DNA from: a virus
Lineage: Duplodnaviria > Caudoviricetes
Reading direction: 5' to 3' (one strand)
DNA: 52,225 nt
IMG/VR virus record: IMGVR_UViG_3300017912_000774
Coordinates: 1 to 52,225 of that record
Translations under genes and position numbers: made by a program
Notes under the pieces: model-generated
The model's database searches: none
Told to the model about the DNA's origin: nothing
Seen by the model: only the letters and a program-made list of their open reading frames with translations
In this document: piece after piece, positions 1 to 8,201 of the stretch
Numbering within the stretch: position 1 is the first letter of the stretch
How the letters are laid out: the number at the start of each line of letters is the position of its first letter

Positions 1-305
1 TCTATCTGTATAGCATCTGTTGTCTCAAGTATGACCTTACCACCTGATAGCAGTTCTAGTGATGAACCTACAGGTATAGGCACATCGTTGGCTAGAAACG
101 CTGTTCCGTTGGTTGCAGCCCTACCACCACCTGATGTATCAGATACGAGCTTTACATCGGCTGTTACTTGAGCAGTATGTATGTTTGTAAGTATTAGTCC
201 AATCACTACTGTAGTTGTACTAGCAGGAGTTGTATATATTGTATACGGAGTTCCTGCACTAGCAGGTTCGGCAGCGAATGTGACTACTTTAAATGTATTT
301 GCCAT
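1..305 (-). CDS. Tail-fibre-associated small virion protein (truncated at window edge)
   Basis: Not in ORF track. ATG at 305, 4 nt after the tail fibre stop. Reads MANTFKVVTFAAEPASAGTPYTIYTTPASTTTVVIGLILTN... open to the window edge. Resembles the beta-rich protein that typically follows fibres ending in AIALG in marine podoviruses. Confidence 0.7.
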   Translation of the reverse strand, partial: MANTFKVVTFAAEPASAGTPYTIYTTPASTTTVVIGLILTNIHTAQVTADVKLVSDTSGGGRAATNGTAFLANDVPIPVGSSLELLSGGKVILETTDAIQI

Positions 306-309
306 TTTA

Positions 310-2907
310 TTATCCTAACGCTATTGCAAGTGCAGTTGGGTCATCTGTAGTAAAACCTGCACTACTTAAATATGTTTTTACATCTGTCAATGCCACTTGC
401 TTCATTGTGCCATTATCATTTGTAACAACTCTGTCTGCATCTACTAATGTTGTAGAAGAAGCAGCAGTACCACCATCCATGATGTTTAATTCAGCAGCAG
501 TTGAAGTAACATTGGTACCCCCTATATCAAGAGTGGTTACAGATATTTCTCCTGCAACTGTAGCTATACCATCTGCTAGTGTTATTAAATCTGTGTCATC
601 TGTATGCCCTATCGTTGTACCATTGAGGGCGATATTATCCACTGTGAGAGCACTTAGTGTACCCAGGGATGTGATGTTAGTTTGGGCGGCAGTCTGTAGT
701 GTACCAGCTAATTGTGTAGCTGTCAATCTTCCTGTGCTCGGATTGTAAGTTAAATTACCATCCATCTCCAAACCGACATTACCTGTGCTAGATGTAGCAT
801 CTTCTACAAAGGTAATTAAGTTTTCTTCGTTTGTGCTTTCGTTATCTGTAACTAATACATGAGCAGAGTTGGTTGCGTTTGTTACAGTAACACCTGCAAT
901 AACTGTATTCAGAGCAGTTCCGTTGACTGTTATGGCATCTGCTTCTAATGTACCATCAATATCTGCATCACCTGATATGTCTAGTTCAGTGGCAGTTAAC
1001 TTAGCAGTTTGTAAATCTTCAAAACTAGAACCTAATTTTAATTCAAACTGAGGTCCTGTAGTATTATATGTAAATGTAGCATCATCACCTGAACCACCTT
1101 CTATTGTAATACCTGCACCATTTATAACTGCACTTGTATCATTACCACTGTCTAATACAATATTGTGGTCGTTTAAATTTACAGTTGTTGAGTTTACTGT
1201 AGTTGTTGTGCCTGATACTGTGAGGTCACCTGTAACAGTTAAGTTATCTGCCACAGTTACTTCAGATGTGCTATGTCCTAGTGTTATAGCAGTTCCTGAT
1301 ACACCTGTACCGATAGATACTGACTCACTACTATTTCCTGTGTCTACTATAAGATAAGCATCTGAGCCTTGTTTAATTGTAAATGCAGTTCCTGAGTTGT
1401 CTGATACTGCTACGTTAATATCTGTTGCATCTGCACTGATAGAGTCAAGTGCAATGTCACCTACGTTTGTTATTGCATTGTCATTAAAAGATGTAGCACC
1501 TAAAGATACAGTTCCTGTTGCAGTTAAGTTACTAGAACCTATATCTATCGCACCAAACCCACTTGTTATTGAACCACTGTTTAATGCACCCACTGTTGTT
1601 ACATTTGATAATGTATCCAATGCAGATTCAAAGTAAGTCTCAAAGTCAGTTAGTGCAACTTGCTTCATTGTACCTGCATCGTTGACTACAACTCTGTCTG
1701 CATCTGCAAGTGTAGTTGATGATGCTGAAGTATCACCATCCATGATATTTAGTTCTGTAGCAGTAGAAGTTACACCATCAAGTATATTTAACTCTGATGC
1801 AGTGGATGTTACGTTAGTTCCACCAATGTCTAGTGTAGTTACGGATATTTCACCTGCTACTGTTACTATGCCATTTGCTACAGTTATAAGGTCTGTATCA
1901 TCTGTGTGACCAATAGTGCTACCATTTATAACAACATCATCTATATCTAACGAACCACCTGTTATTAAACCTGTAGTTGTTATTGTAGATGAGCCTATAT
2001 CAATGTTACCAAAGCCTGATGAAATAGAACCACTGTTCAACGTACCTACTGTTACAAGGTTTGGCATTGCAGTTATTTCATCGTCAAAATAAGCAGCTAA
2101 GTCTGTTACTGCTACTTGAACCATAGTTCCGTTGTCATTTAATACAACTCTATCTGCATCTGCTACAGTTGTTGATGTAGCACTAGTGCCACCATCTACT
2201 ATATTAAGTTCTGCTGCAGTAGCAGTTATTGCTGTACCATTAAAGTTGATAGCATCTAAGTATGCAGTGCCATCAATGTAAATGTCTCTCCACTCTTGAC
2301 TAGAAGAACCTAAGTCATAAGTATCATCTGTGTTAGGAATAATAGAACTGTTTACATCTGCACCAAAAACAACATTATCTGTAGCAGCGTCACCTAACGT
2401 CATTGTGCCACCATTAAATGTAGTTGTTCCTGTTACAGTAAGATTGCCACCTATACCTAAGTTACCTGATATATCAGCATTACCATTTATGTCTATTGTT
2501 GTTGCAGCTATCTGTATTTCAGTATCTGCTACTAAGTCTAATTGTCCATCCGTACTTGAATTGATGTATATAGCTGTGTCTCTGAATTGTAACTTCTCTG
2601 TAGAAGCAACAAGTATGTCATCACTAAATTCAAAATAATCCTCATCTTCCATCCATTTGAGGACACCATCAGAAGTCTCACCATCAAATGTTATTGTTAT
2701 ATCTGTTCCTGCAGTTCCTGCACCAAAGGTAAGTGTGTTACCTAGTAGTTTGGTAATAGGACCACCTTCTGCAGTCGTACCATCGTGAGTATGTCCTGTA
2801 CTCGCTGCGAAGGCTGCTAATAGCTGATTAAACTCATCATTGGTATGAGCAGCAGTTATCACATCTCCGTCGGTGTAAGATGATTGTCTAGTGTACGTAG
2901 CTCCCAT
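310..2907 (-). CDS. Tail fibre protein with internal repeats
   Basis: 865 aa, T/G/D/A/S-rich. N-terminal YTRQSS...EFNQLLAAF...GHTHDG anchor. Three copies of AELNIxDG...ADADRVVxNDxGTMxQVAxTD. C-terminal AIALG. Follows the tail nozzle gene. Confidence 0.85.
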   Translation of the reverse strand: MGATYTRQSSYTDGDVITAAHTNDEFNQLLAAFAASTGHTHDGTTAEGGPITKLLGNTLTFGAGTAGTDITITFDGETSDGVLKWMEDEDYFEFSDDILVASTEKLQFRDTAIYINSSTDGQLDLVADTEIQIAATTIDINGNADISGNLGIGGNLTVTGTTTFNGGTMTLGDAATDNVVFGADVNSSIIPNTDDTYDLGSSSQEWRDIYIDGTAYLDAINFNGTAITATAAELNIVDGGTSATSTTVADADRVVLNDNGTMVQVAVTDLAAYFDDEITAMPNLVTVGTLNSGSISSGFGNIDIGSSTITTTGLITGGSLDIDDVVINGSTIGHTDDTDLITVANGIVTVAGEISVTTLDIGGTNVTSTASELNILDGVTSTATELNIMDGDTSASSTTLADADRVVVNDAGTMKQVALTDFETYFESALDTLSNVTTVGALNSGSITSGFGAIDIGSSNLTATGTVSLGATSFNDNAITNVGDIALDSISADATDINVAVSDNSGTAFTIKQGSDAYLIVDTGNSSESVSIGTGVSGTAITLGHSTSEVTVADNLTVTGDLTVSGTTTTVNSTTVNLNDHNIVLDSGNDTSAVINGAGITIEGGSGDDATFTYNTTGPQFELKLGSSFEDLQTAKLTATELDISGDADIDGTLEADAITVNGTALNTVIAGVTVTNATNSAHVLVTDNESTNEENLITFVEDATSSTGNVGLEMDGNLTYNPSTGRLTATQLAGTLQTAAQTNITSLGTLSALTVDNIALNGTTIGHTDDTDLITLADGIATVAGEISVTTLDIGGTNVTSTAAELNIMDGGTAASSTTLVDADRVVTNDNGTMKQVALTDVKTYLSSAGFTTDDPTALAIALG

Positions 2908-4458
2908 TTATCTTCTTGCTCCTACTTGATATTCTAACTGAAATCCTTTTAGTGAGTATGGTGCAGTAGAACCACCATCGTTAACTCTAAGTGCAACTGC
3001 GAAACCTGAACCCTCTACAGATTGTCTAAACAAAGGTTGCGATGCACCACCATAAGTTCCTGAAACAGAAGAACCAACACCATATGTGCTTGTTCCGTAC
3101 AAAGCTGCCACTGTTTGTGAATCCAATGGATAAGCAGCAGGTCTGGCTGAGTCAGCAGATTCATAATCATATCTTAAAAATAAATCTGCATCTATACTTG
3201 ATTCAGGTGCAAAGTTAATGATAACACGTTGCATATGTTTTCTTAACCCAGCATCTCCAAAAGTCAAATCAGGACCTCGATATTTACCTAATATAGATGT
3301 TCCATCAAAGTCATTGCCTGATTCTTGTCTATATACATAGCCACCACTATATGCACCATGTAAAACTATGACATCTCCTGCAGATACAAATGTGTCGGTT
3401 GATGCTGGTTTTATGCCTCTTATTTCAGCAAACTCAAACGTTTGCCCTTTCATAACACATATTACCCCTTTAGTTGCATTTTCTGCTTGTCCATCTTTTG
3501 TAAAAAATATTCTGTATTGTGTCTTGTCAGGTATAACTATTGAGTCAAATTCGGATGCACTAGATAAGTTTGCATCAAATAAACTTTGTACATTAGCACT
3601 TATAGTTCCTAATTCAACGTCACCAATTCTTGCTGTACCAGCTACTGTTCTTAATCCATCAGGTCCTAAAAATATAAGGTCGCCTGCAAATTCTTGAATT
3701 GTATCTCCGTTGATACATCCTATATCTCTTGTTACTGCAGTTATTGCAAAGTTACTACTTGATGTCCCTGATAACTTAAATATTCTATTTTCGCAAAATA
3801 TAAATAAATCTTCACGGAAAACTTTAAGTCCTGTTATAGTATCGTCAACTTTAATACTACCTGCACCATTGCCTGTAGCGAAATCATCTTCATCAAATGG
3901 TACACTAAATACTAACTCTTGTTTAGCATTTGACATACCTGCATAGAACATATGTTCTTTAAATGCTTTTACAAATTTAGCACCTGTTACTGCAGTGCTT
4001 ACTTCTCCACCACCCCCTGAAGACACATCTGTCGCACTAAATGATGTATTAAAGACTGTTGGTGCATTGTTACCATCTGCTACGATTAACTTATCATTGC
4101 CATCAAAGTTAAATCTTTCAAAAGAGTATTTACCTGCACTTGTTCTACCACTATCTACAGTTGTCCAAGATGAACCCCCTGCATCTGCTGTAAATATATT
4201 TGTACCTCTAGCTGCTACAACCTTATCTCCAAATGTAGCAACCATCAAAACTTTTTCTGTAGAGGCAGATGTTTGAGGAACTACCGCAGATACATACTTA
4301 CTAAATCCATTTATTCTTCTGTAGCCACCTTCTATGTCAGGTTCAAAATTTTGTAATTCTAATGCTTGACCTGGTTGCATCATAAATGTGGAACGATTTA
4401 AAACTAATCCGCCTTCGCAGTTGAAAGCTATAGGTTGTGCTCTTGATAAATCTGCCAT
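2908..4458 (-). CDS. Tail tubular/nozzle protein (podovirus gp12/P22 gp10-like)
   Basis: 516 aa, beta-rich with DIGC...TIQE..GDLIFLGPDGLR motif. Located between adaptor and fibre. Confidence 0.75.
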   Translation of the reverse strand: MADLSRAQPIAFNCEGGLVLNRSTFMMQPGQALELQNFEPDIEGGYRRINGFSKYVSAVVPQTSASTEKVLMVATFGDKVVAARGTNIFTADAGGSSWTTVDSGRTSAGKYSFERFNFDGNDKLIVADGNNAPTVFNTSFSATDVSSGGGGEVSTAVTGAKFVKAFKEHMFYAGMSNAKQELVFSVPFDEDDFATGNGAGSIKVDDTITGLKVFREDLFIFCENRIFKLSGTSSSNFAITAVTRDIGCINGDTIQEFAGDLIFLGPDGLRTVAGTARIGDVELGTISANVQSLFDANLSSASEFDSIVIPDKTQYRIFFTKDGQAENATKGVICVMKGQTFEFAEIRGIKPASTDTFVSAGDVIVLHGAYSGGYVYRQESGNDFDGTSILGKYRGPDLTFGDAGLRKHMQRVIINFAPESSIDADLFLRYDYESADSARPAAYPLDSQTVAALYGTSTYGVGSSVSGTYGGASQPLFRQSVEGSGFAVALRVNDGGSTAPYSLKGFQLEYQVGARR

Positions 4459-5396
4459 TATGTTGTTGTTTCAGTGCTAAAGTATCCTGCCATACTTGTT
4501 GGTCTTAATATCACTGTTGACCTTACATATTCATATTTATTAACTAACAGTGTCTGTATATTTTTTATACCTTGTTCAAATCTTGCGAAGTTTAATTGAT
4601 ACTGTTCAATCTCTCCCCTATATTGATATGCATATGAGGTAGCCCCATCTATTATCACTGGAGCGAACCTGTCGGGTATTGTTGTGGTGTCGTCATGTGC
4701 TGATAGGTCAGAGGGAAAGGTAAAGTAATCAAACTTTAATGTGTATGCTCTATTAGGAAACGGATATAGAATAAAATTATTATCTAGTGTTCTTACTATG
4801 TGAGAAGGCACTCCTCCTCCAGTGAACTGTGCTACTTGTACACCACTTGCTATAGAAGCTGCTGTTGTGCTGTTGGCACCTCTGGTGCATCCCGTAAATG
4901 TTGTACTTGTTGTTCCTGTATATGTTATCTCTTCATTTACTATGTGTATAGTTCCTGAAGAATCAAATCCTGATGTACTAGCTACAGTTATAGTTGTAAC
5001 ACTATCTGTATGTGTTGTGCTTGTAGTTGTTGTTACAATGTCATCTTCTTGTTCAACATTGTTAGCTATGTATTCATTATATGATAATGTGCTCAAGTTT
5101 GCACCTGATGTGCCTAAAGTTGAGTTCTTGACTATTCTTGCAGTATTATAATCTACATGTTTAGTAGATGTAGGTAAACTATATTTTACTGTCCCTGGAA
5201 CTAAAACTTCTGTGTTAGTTGCGTGATTAAAAGGGTAACTAAATTCTTTTTGGTTAATATATCTTATGGCTTCATTAACTGCATTTTGGGCTTGAACTTG
5301 AATACCCCGTGCACTTGAAAAAGTAGACGAGGTCAGTTGGGGTTCATTAATACGTGCAAGCACGCTATTAGTTAATGTAAGAAAAGTTTGTGCCAT
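4458..5396 (-). CDS. Head-tail adaptor / tail tubular protein A with Thr-rich inserted domain
   Basis: N-terminal FLTLTNSVLARINE and C-terminal LYPFP..AYTLKFDY...TIPDRF, typical of adaptors. Synteny after capsid genes. Confidence 0.7.
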   Translation of the reverse strand: MAQTFLTLTNSVLARINEPQLTSSTFSSARGIQVQAQNAVNEAIRYINQKEFSYPFNHATNTEVLVPGTVKYSLPTSTKHVDYNTARIVKNSTLGTSGANLSTLSYNEYIANNVEQEDDIVTTTTSTTHTDSVTTITVASTSGFDSSGTIHIVNEEITYTGTTSTTFTGCTRGANSTTAASIASGVQVAQFTGGGVPSHIVRTLDNNFILYPFPNRAYTLKFDYFTFPSDLSAHDDTTTIPDRFAPVIIDGATSYAYQYRGEIEQYQLNFARFEQGIKNIQTLLVNKYEYVRSTVILRPTSMAGYFSTETTT

Positions 5397-5410
5397 ACTA
5401 TTTTAAATAA

Positions 5411-5437
5411 CAGGGGACAAAATCAATTGTCCCCCTG
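5411..5437 (-). terminator. Probable intrinsic terminator after capsid/decoration genes
   Basis: Minus strand CAGGGGGACAA-TTGAT-TTTGTCCCCTG followed by TTATTT, just after the 176-aa gene stop. Confidence 0.6.
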
Positions 5438-5446
5438 ATTACGCTA

Positions 5447-5977
5447 TTAAGCTAATTGGTCTCTATCAACCTCATCAGGCTTATCGTCTAAGCCATGACC
5501 TGCTAAATCAATAACAGTTGCATAGACTCTGAGTCTGCCTGTAGCTGGAGCAGCACCTGCAATCTTACAGTCAATAGTGTCTGTAGTAGTTACAAACTGA
5601 GTGTAAGTTGAAGCTGCACTTCCTACAACAGTGTTAGTCTGACCATTAGTTCCTGCCGCACAAAAACCTGTAGAGGTTATATCTGCACCATCAATAATGT
5701 CATCACCTGCTGCGAAGTCCATGTCAAGAGTACAACTTGAAGTAAATGCTTTCATTACTTCTGCACCTGCATTCAAGACTAAAGTATTCGCAGGGATTTC
5801 TAACACCTGAAAGATGTCTCCATCTGAGAAGCTACCACCTGCCGCTACTAACGCATCAATATCAAGGTAAGCCTCAATATTTCTCATCACATTAGTATTC
5901 TTAGTAGATGGCATAGCCACGATAGAGTCGGAAGATACGCCAGTGGTATCTTTAGAAGTTAAATCAAAAGTCGCCAT
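5447..5977 (-). CDS. Capsid decoration / minor capsid protein
   Basis: 176 aa, directly after MCP with strong GGAGG RBS. GD.FQVLEIPANTLVL.AG.EV jelly-roll-like motif. Confidence 0.65.
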   Translation of the reverse strand: MATFDLTSKDTTGVSSDSIVAMPSTKNTNVMRNIEAYLDIDALVAAGGSFSDGDIFQVLEIPANTLVLNAGAEVMKAFTSSCTLDMDFAAGDDIIDGADITSTGFCAAGTNGQTNTVVGSAASTYTQFVTTTDTIDCKIAGAAPATGRLRVYATVIDLAGHGLDDKPDEVDRDQLA

Positions 5978-5988
5978 TTATACCTCCC

Positions 5989-7062
5989 CTACGCTACGTT
6001 GTATTTAGCAGTTACGATTGCTTCTGGACGAAGAATCTTTCTGCCATATAAATGCATACCTCTTACGATGTCTGCGAAAGAATCAGGGTCTCTATAAGAC
6101 TCTGTCTTTGTTATCTGTGAAGCTGTTGCTACTGATGAAGAGTGTCCAGCTACAATAACTCCATAGTTTGAGTTTTGGTTAGCAGAACCTGATGTTCCTG
6201 GTCCTGTACCAACAGAAGGTAAGTTATTTGACATATATACATCAAAACCATGTAATGTGCCGATTGATAAACCACTTCTTAATCCTCCTGACTCACCGAA
6301 ATCTGCATTGAGAAGTCTTGAATCTTCATCTTTTAAGATTTCAACGAAAGTTGGATGTAGAACTAGCCATCTACCATCTGAGTCTACAAACTGTGTATCT
6401 AACAATCTGCCCATTCTTGCAATAACTTGCAATGGTGTAGCAGTTGCTGTTGCTTGAGCTGTAGCACCTGGCATTCTTGGAGCTAATGGGATAGAGTGGT
6501 CACCAGCACTTGAAGTAGTGATGTTACCGAAGCTATCTTTTCTTAACTTCATGCTTGTTAACAATTCGTCTGAACCTGCAGTTGACACAGCTTTTGTACC
6601 ATTTACAGTATCGTTAGCTGTTCCTGCTACAGTGTTAAGAGATGATTGCTTGAAACCAGCTAAGTAACCAAGAACTTCTTGGTCATGTTGGTCACGAAGT
6701 CTATATCCAGCTCTGTCTGAAGCCATTGACTCAAAGTTAACGTGACTGTGAGCTTCCTCAATGTCGTCAACTTTAAAAGCAAAGTAGTTTGCTTTATCTA
6801 CGACAAGAGAAAAGTCCTCATCGTCTAAGTCTTGTGGTTGAATGTTAACACCACGAGCATATTCTTTTACAGTGATTTCTGGTTCTTTGATAATTTTAAC
6901 AGTATCACCATAATTCGCAATCTCTCCAAAGTAATCACTATTTGTGATTGACTCTACAACAGAGGTTTTACGAAAAGCTTGCTGAACCTTTTGGGAATAT
7001 ATGACAGGACTAAAGTTGCCATTAGGTAAATTCCCGTATCCAGCCGCAGTTTGGAAAGCCAT
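5989..7062 (-). CDS. Major capsid protein
   Basis: 357 aa. NFSPVIYSQKV, GEIANYGDTVKIIKEP, FKVDDIE and RDPDSFADIVRGMHLYGRKILRPEA motifs. AAGGAGG RBS. Follows the scaffold gene. Confidence 0.93.
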   Translation of the reverse strand: MAFQTAAGYGNLPNGNFSPVIYSQKVQQAFRKTSVVESITNSDYFGEIANYGDTVKIIKEPEITVKEYARGVNIQPQDLDDEDFSLVVDKANYFAFKVDDIEEAHSHVNFESMASDRAGYRLRDQHDQEVLGYLAGFKQSSLNTVAGTANDTVNGTKAVSTAGSDELLTSMKLRKDSFGNITTSSAGDHSIPLAPRMPGATAQATATATPLQVIARMGRLLDTQFVDSDGRWLVLHPTFVEILKDEDSRLLNADFGESGGLRSGLSIGTLHGFDVYMSNNLPSVGTGPGTSGSANQNSNYGVIVAGHSSSVATASQITKTESYRDPDSFADIVRGMHLYGRKILRPEAIVTAKYNVA

Positions 7063-7107
7063 GTTATCCTCCTTGGCTAATATAAAAATACGAGTGCATA
7101 CACAATC

Positions 7108-7222
7108 AAAAGGCTAGATGCAATTAGGTGTCCGTTTTGGGGCTAATTCAAACTAGGTAGTTTTTCTTAGTATAATTCGTGAAAATGTGTTAAGCAGGTG
7201 GTCATCAGAAAGATGGGCTGCT
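7108..7222 (-). promoter_or_regulatory. Structured 5' leader of major capsid gene (two hairpins with CC / xYAC internal loops)
   Basis: Minus strand AGCAG-CC-CATC-TTTCT-GATG-ACCAC-CTGCT and AAAA-CTAC-CTAG..AATTAG-CC-CC-AAAAC-GG-ACAC-CTAATT..CTAG-CC-TTTT. Confidence 0.6.
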
Positions 7223-7232
7223 ATTTATACAT

Positions 7233-7261
7233 TTTATACCATACAAATTTTAAAAAGTAAA
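7233..7261 (-). promoter_or_regulatory. Sigma70-type promoter for capsid gene
   Basis: Minus strand TTTACT-17 bp-TATAAA with extended -10 TG (TGGTATAAA). Confidence 0.55.
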
Positions 7262-7269
7262 GAAAAATA

Positions 7270-8136
7270 TTAACCACGTCTGGTCATATCATAAATAAAA
7301 TTACCAGAAGCTATTGCTTCTTGTATTTTTGCTTCATTCTTTTCAAACTCATGTGGTTTCATCTTTGCTACATCAGACTCTTTTATTTGATTTGCTTGTC
7401 CTGATTTAGTAGCAGAAGGTGTGTTTGAGCTACCTCTAGTTACAGCTTTTGCTGCATCTTTAGAAGGGTCTGCCTTCTTTTTGGGGGTAGAGATAATACC
7501 CATATCTACTTTGTATAAGTCAATAGCTCTTGCTGCAGATTTAGAATCACTTTCATTTTCATACAGAGCTTGTTGCACCCATCTAGGTTGTAGCTCTACC
7601 CAATCGTGAAACTCTTGGTCATTCCTAATAGTTTCAAAGTCAGGATGTATTCTCATAAGTTCTGCTTCTGCCATAGCACGAGTAGATTGTGCTTCTCTTT
7701 CTGCTATTAACTTCATTCTTTCTTCTAGTGAAGAATCTAACTCTTTTGCTTTCTTAGTAGCAATACTTTCTACAATTTTAGCAACGTCAGGATATTCCTG
7801 AGACCACTGTGCAATCTCTTCATCTGACTTTGGTAGTTTTATTTCTTGAGATGCAGTTTGTGTTAATTGTTGCTTTAATTTAAATATCTCATCTTGATAT
7901 GACTTCTCTTTTTCTTGTGAGTGTCTACGCAAGTCGCCATATCTTTTTTTAAATGTTTTTTCTTCAGGTGGTAAAGATTCTGTTTCAGCAATATCTTCTG
8001 CTTCTGCTTTTGCTTTACCTAAAGCTTCATCTCTTTCTTTTAAATTCTTTTCTAACTCTAACGCTTCTTTATTATCGTTACGTTTATATCTTATTGGGGT
8101 CTTAACTATTTTTTGTTCTACAGCCATTTCAGCCAT
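7270..8136 (-). CDS. Capsid scaffolding protein
   Basis: 288 aa, charged coiled-coil with EEKTFKKRYGDLRRH, HPDF and FHDWVELQP motifs. Directly upstream of MCP. Confidence 0.85.
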   Translation of the reverse strand: MAEMAVEQKIVKTPIRYKRNDNKEALELEKNLKERDEALGKAKAEAEDIAETESLPPEEKTFKKRYGDLRRHSQEKEKSYQDEIFKLKQQLTQTASQEIKLPKSDEEIAQWSQEYPDVAKIVESIATKKAKELDSSLEERMKLIAEREAQSTRAMAEAELMRIHPDFETIRNDQEFHDWVELQPRWVQQALYENESDSKSAARAIDLYKVDMGIISTPKKKADPSKDAAKAVTRGSSNTPSATKSGQANQIKESDVAKMKPHEFEKNEAKIQEAIASGNFIYDMTRRG

Positions 8137-8146
8137 GTTTTTTCTC

Positions 8147-8186
8147 CTAGGGTTATCGTAGCCATTATTGGGGGATAAGTAGCTAG
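8147..8186 (-). promoter_or_regulatory. Structured leader hairpin overlapping the scaffold RBS
   Basis: Minus strand CTAG-CTAC-TTATC-CC-CCA-ATAA-TGG-CTAC-GATAA-CC-CTAG, immediately followed by GAGAAAAAAC-ATG. Confidence 0.6.
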
Positions 8187-8201
8187 TAATTAATTCATAA
8201 A

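Noticed and set aside
370-2235. Tail-fibre repeats as a diversity-generating retroelement TR/VR pair
   Set aside because: No reverse transcriptase in the window, the copies are in-frame coding, and the differences are not adenine-specific.
293-6457. Many plus-strand ORFs opposite the structural genes
   Set aside because: Antisense shadows of biased codon usage (V/S/P-rich), with no RBS or coupling.
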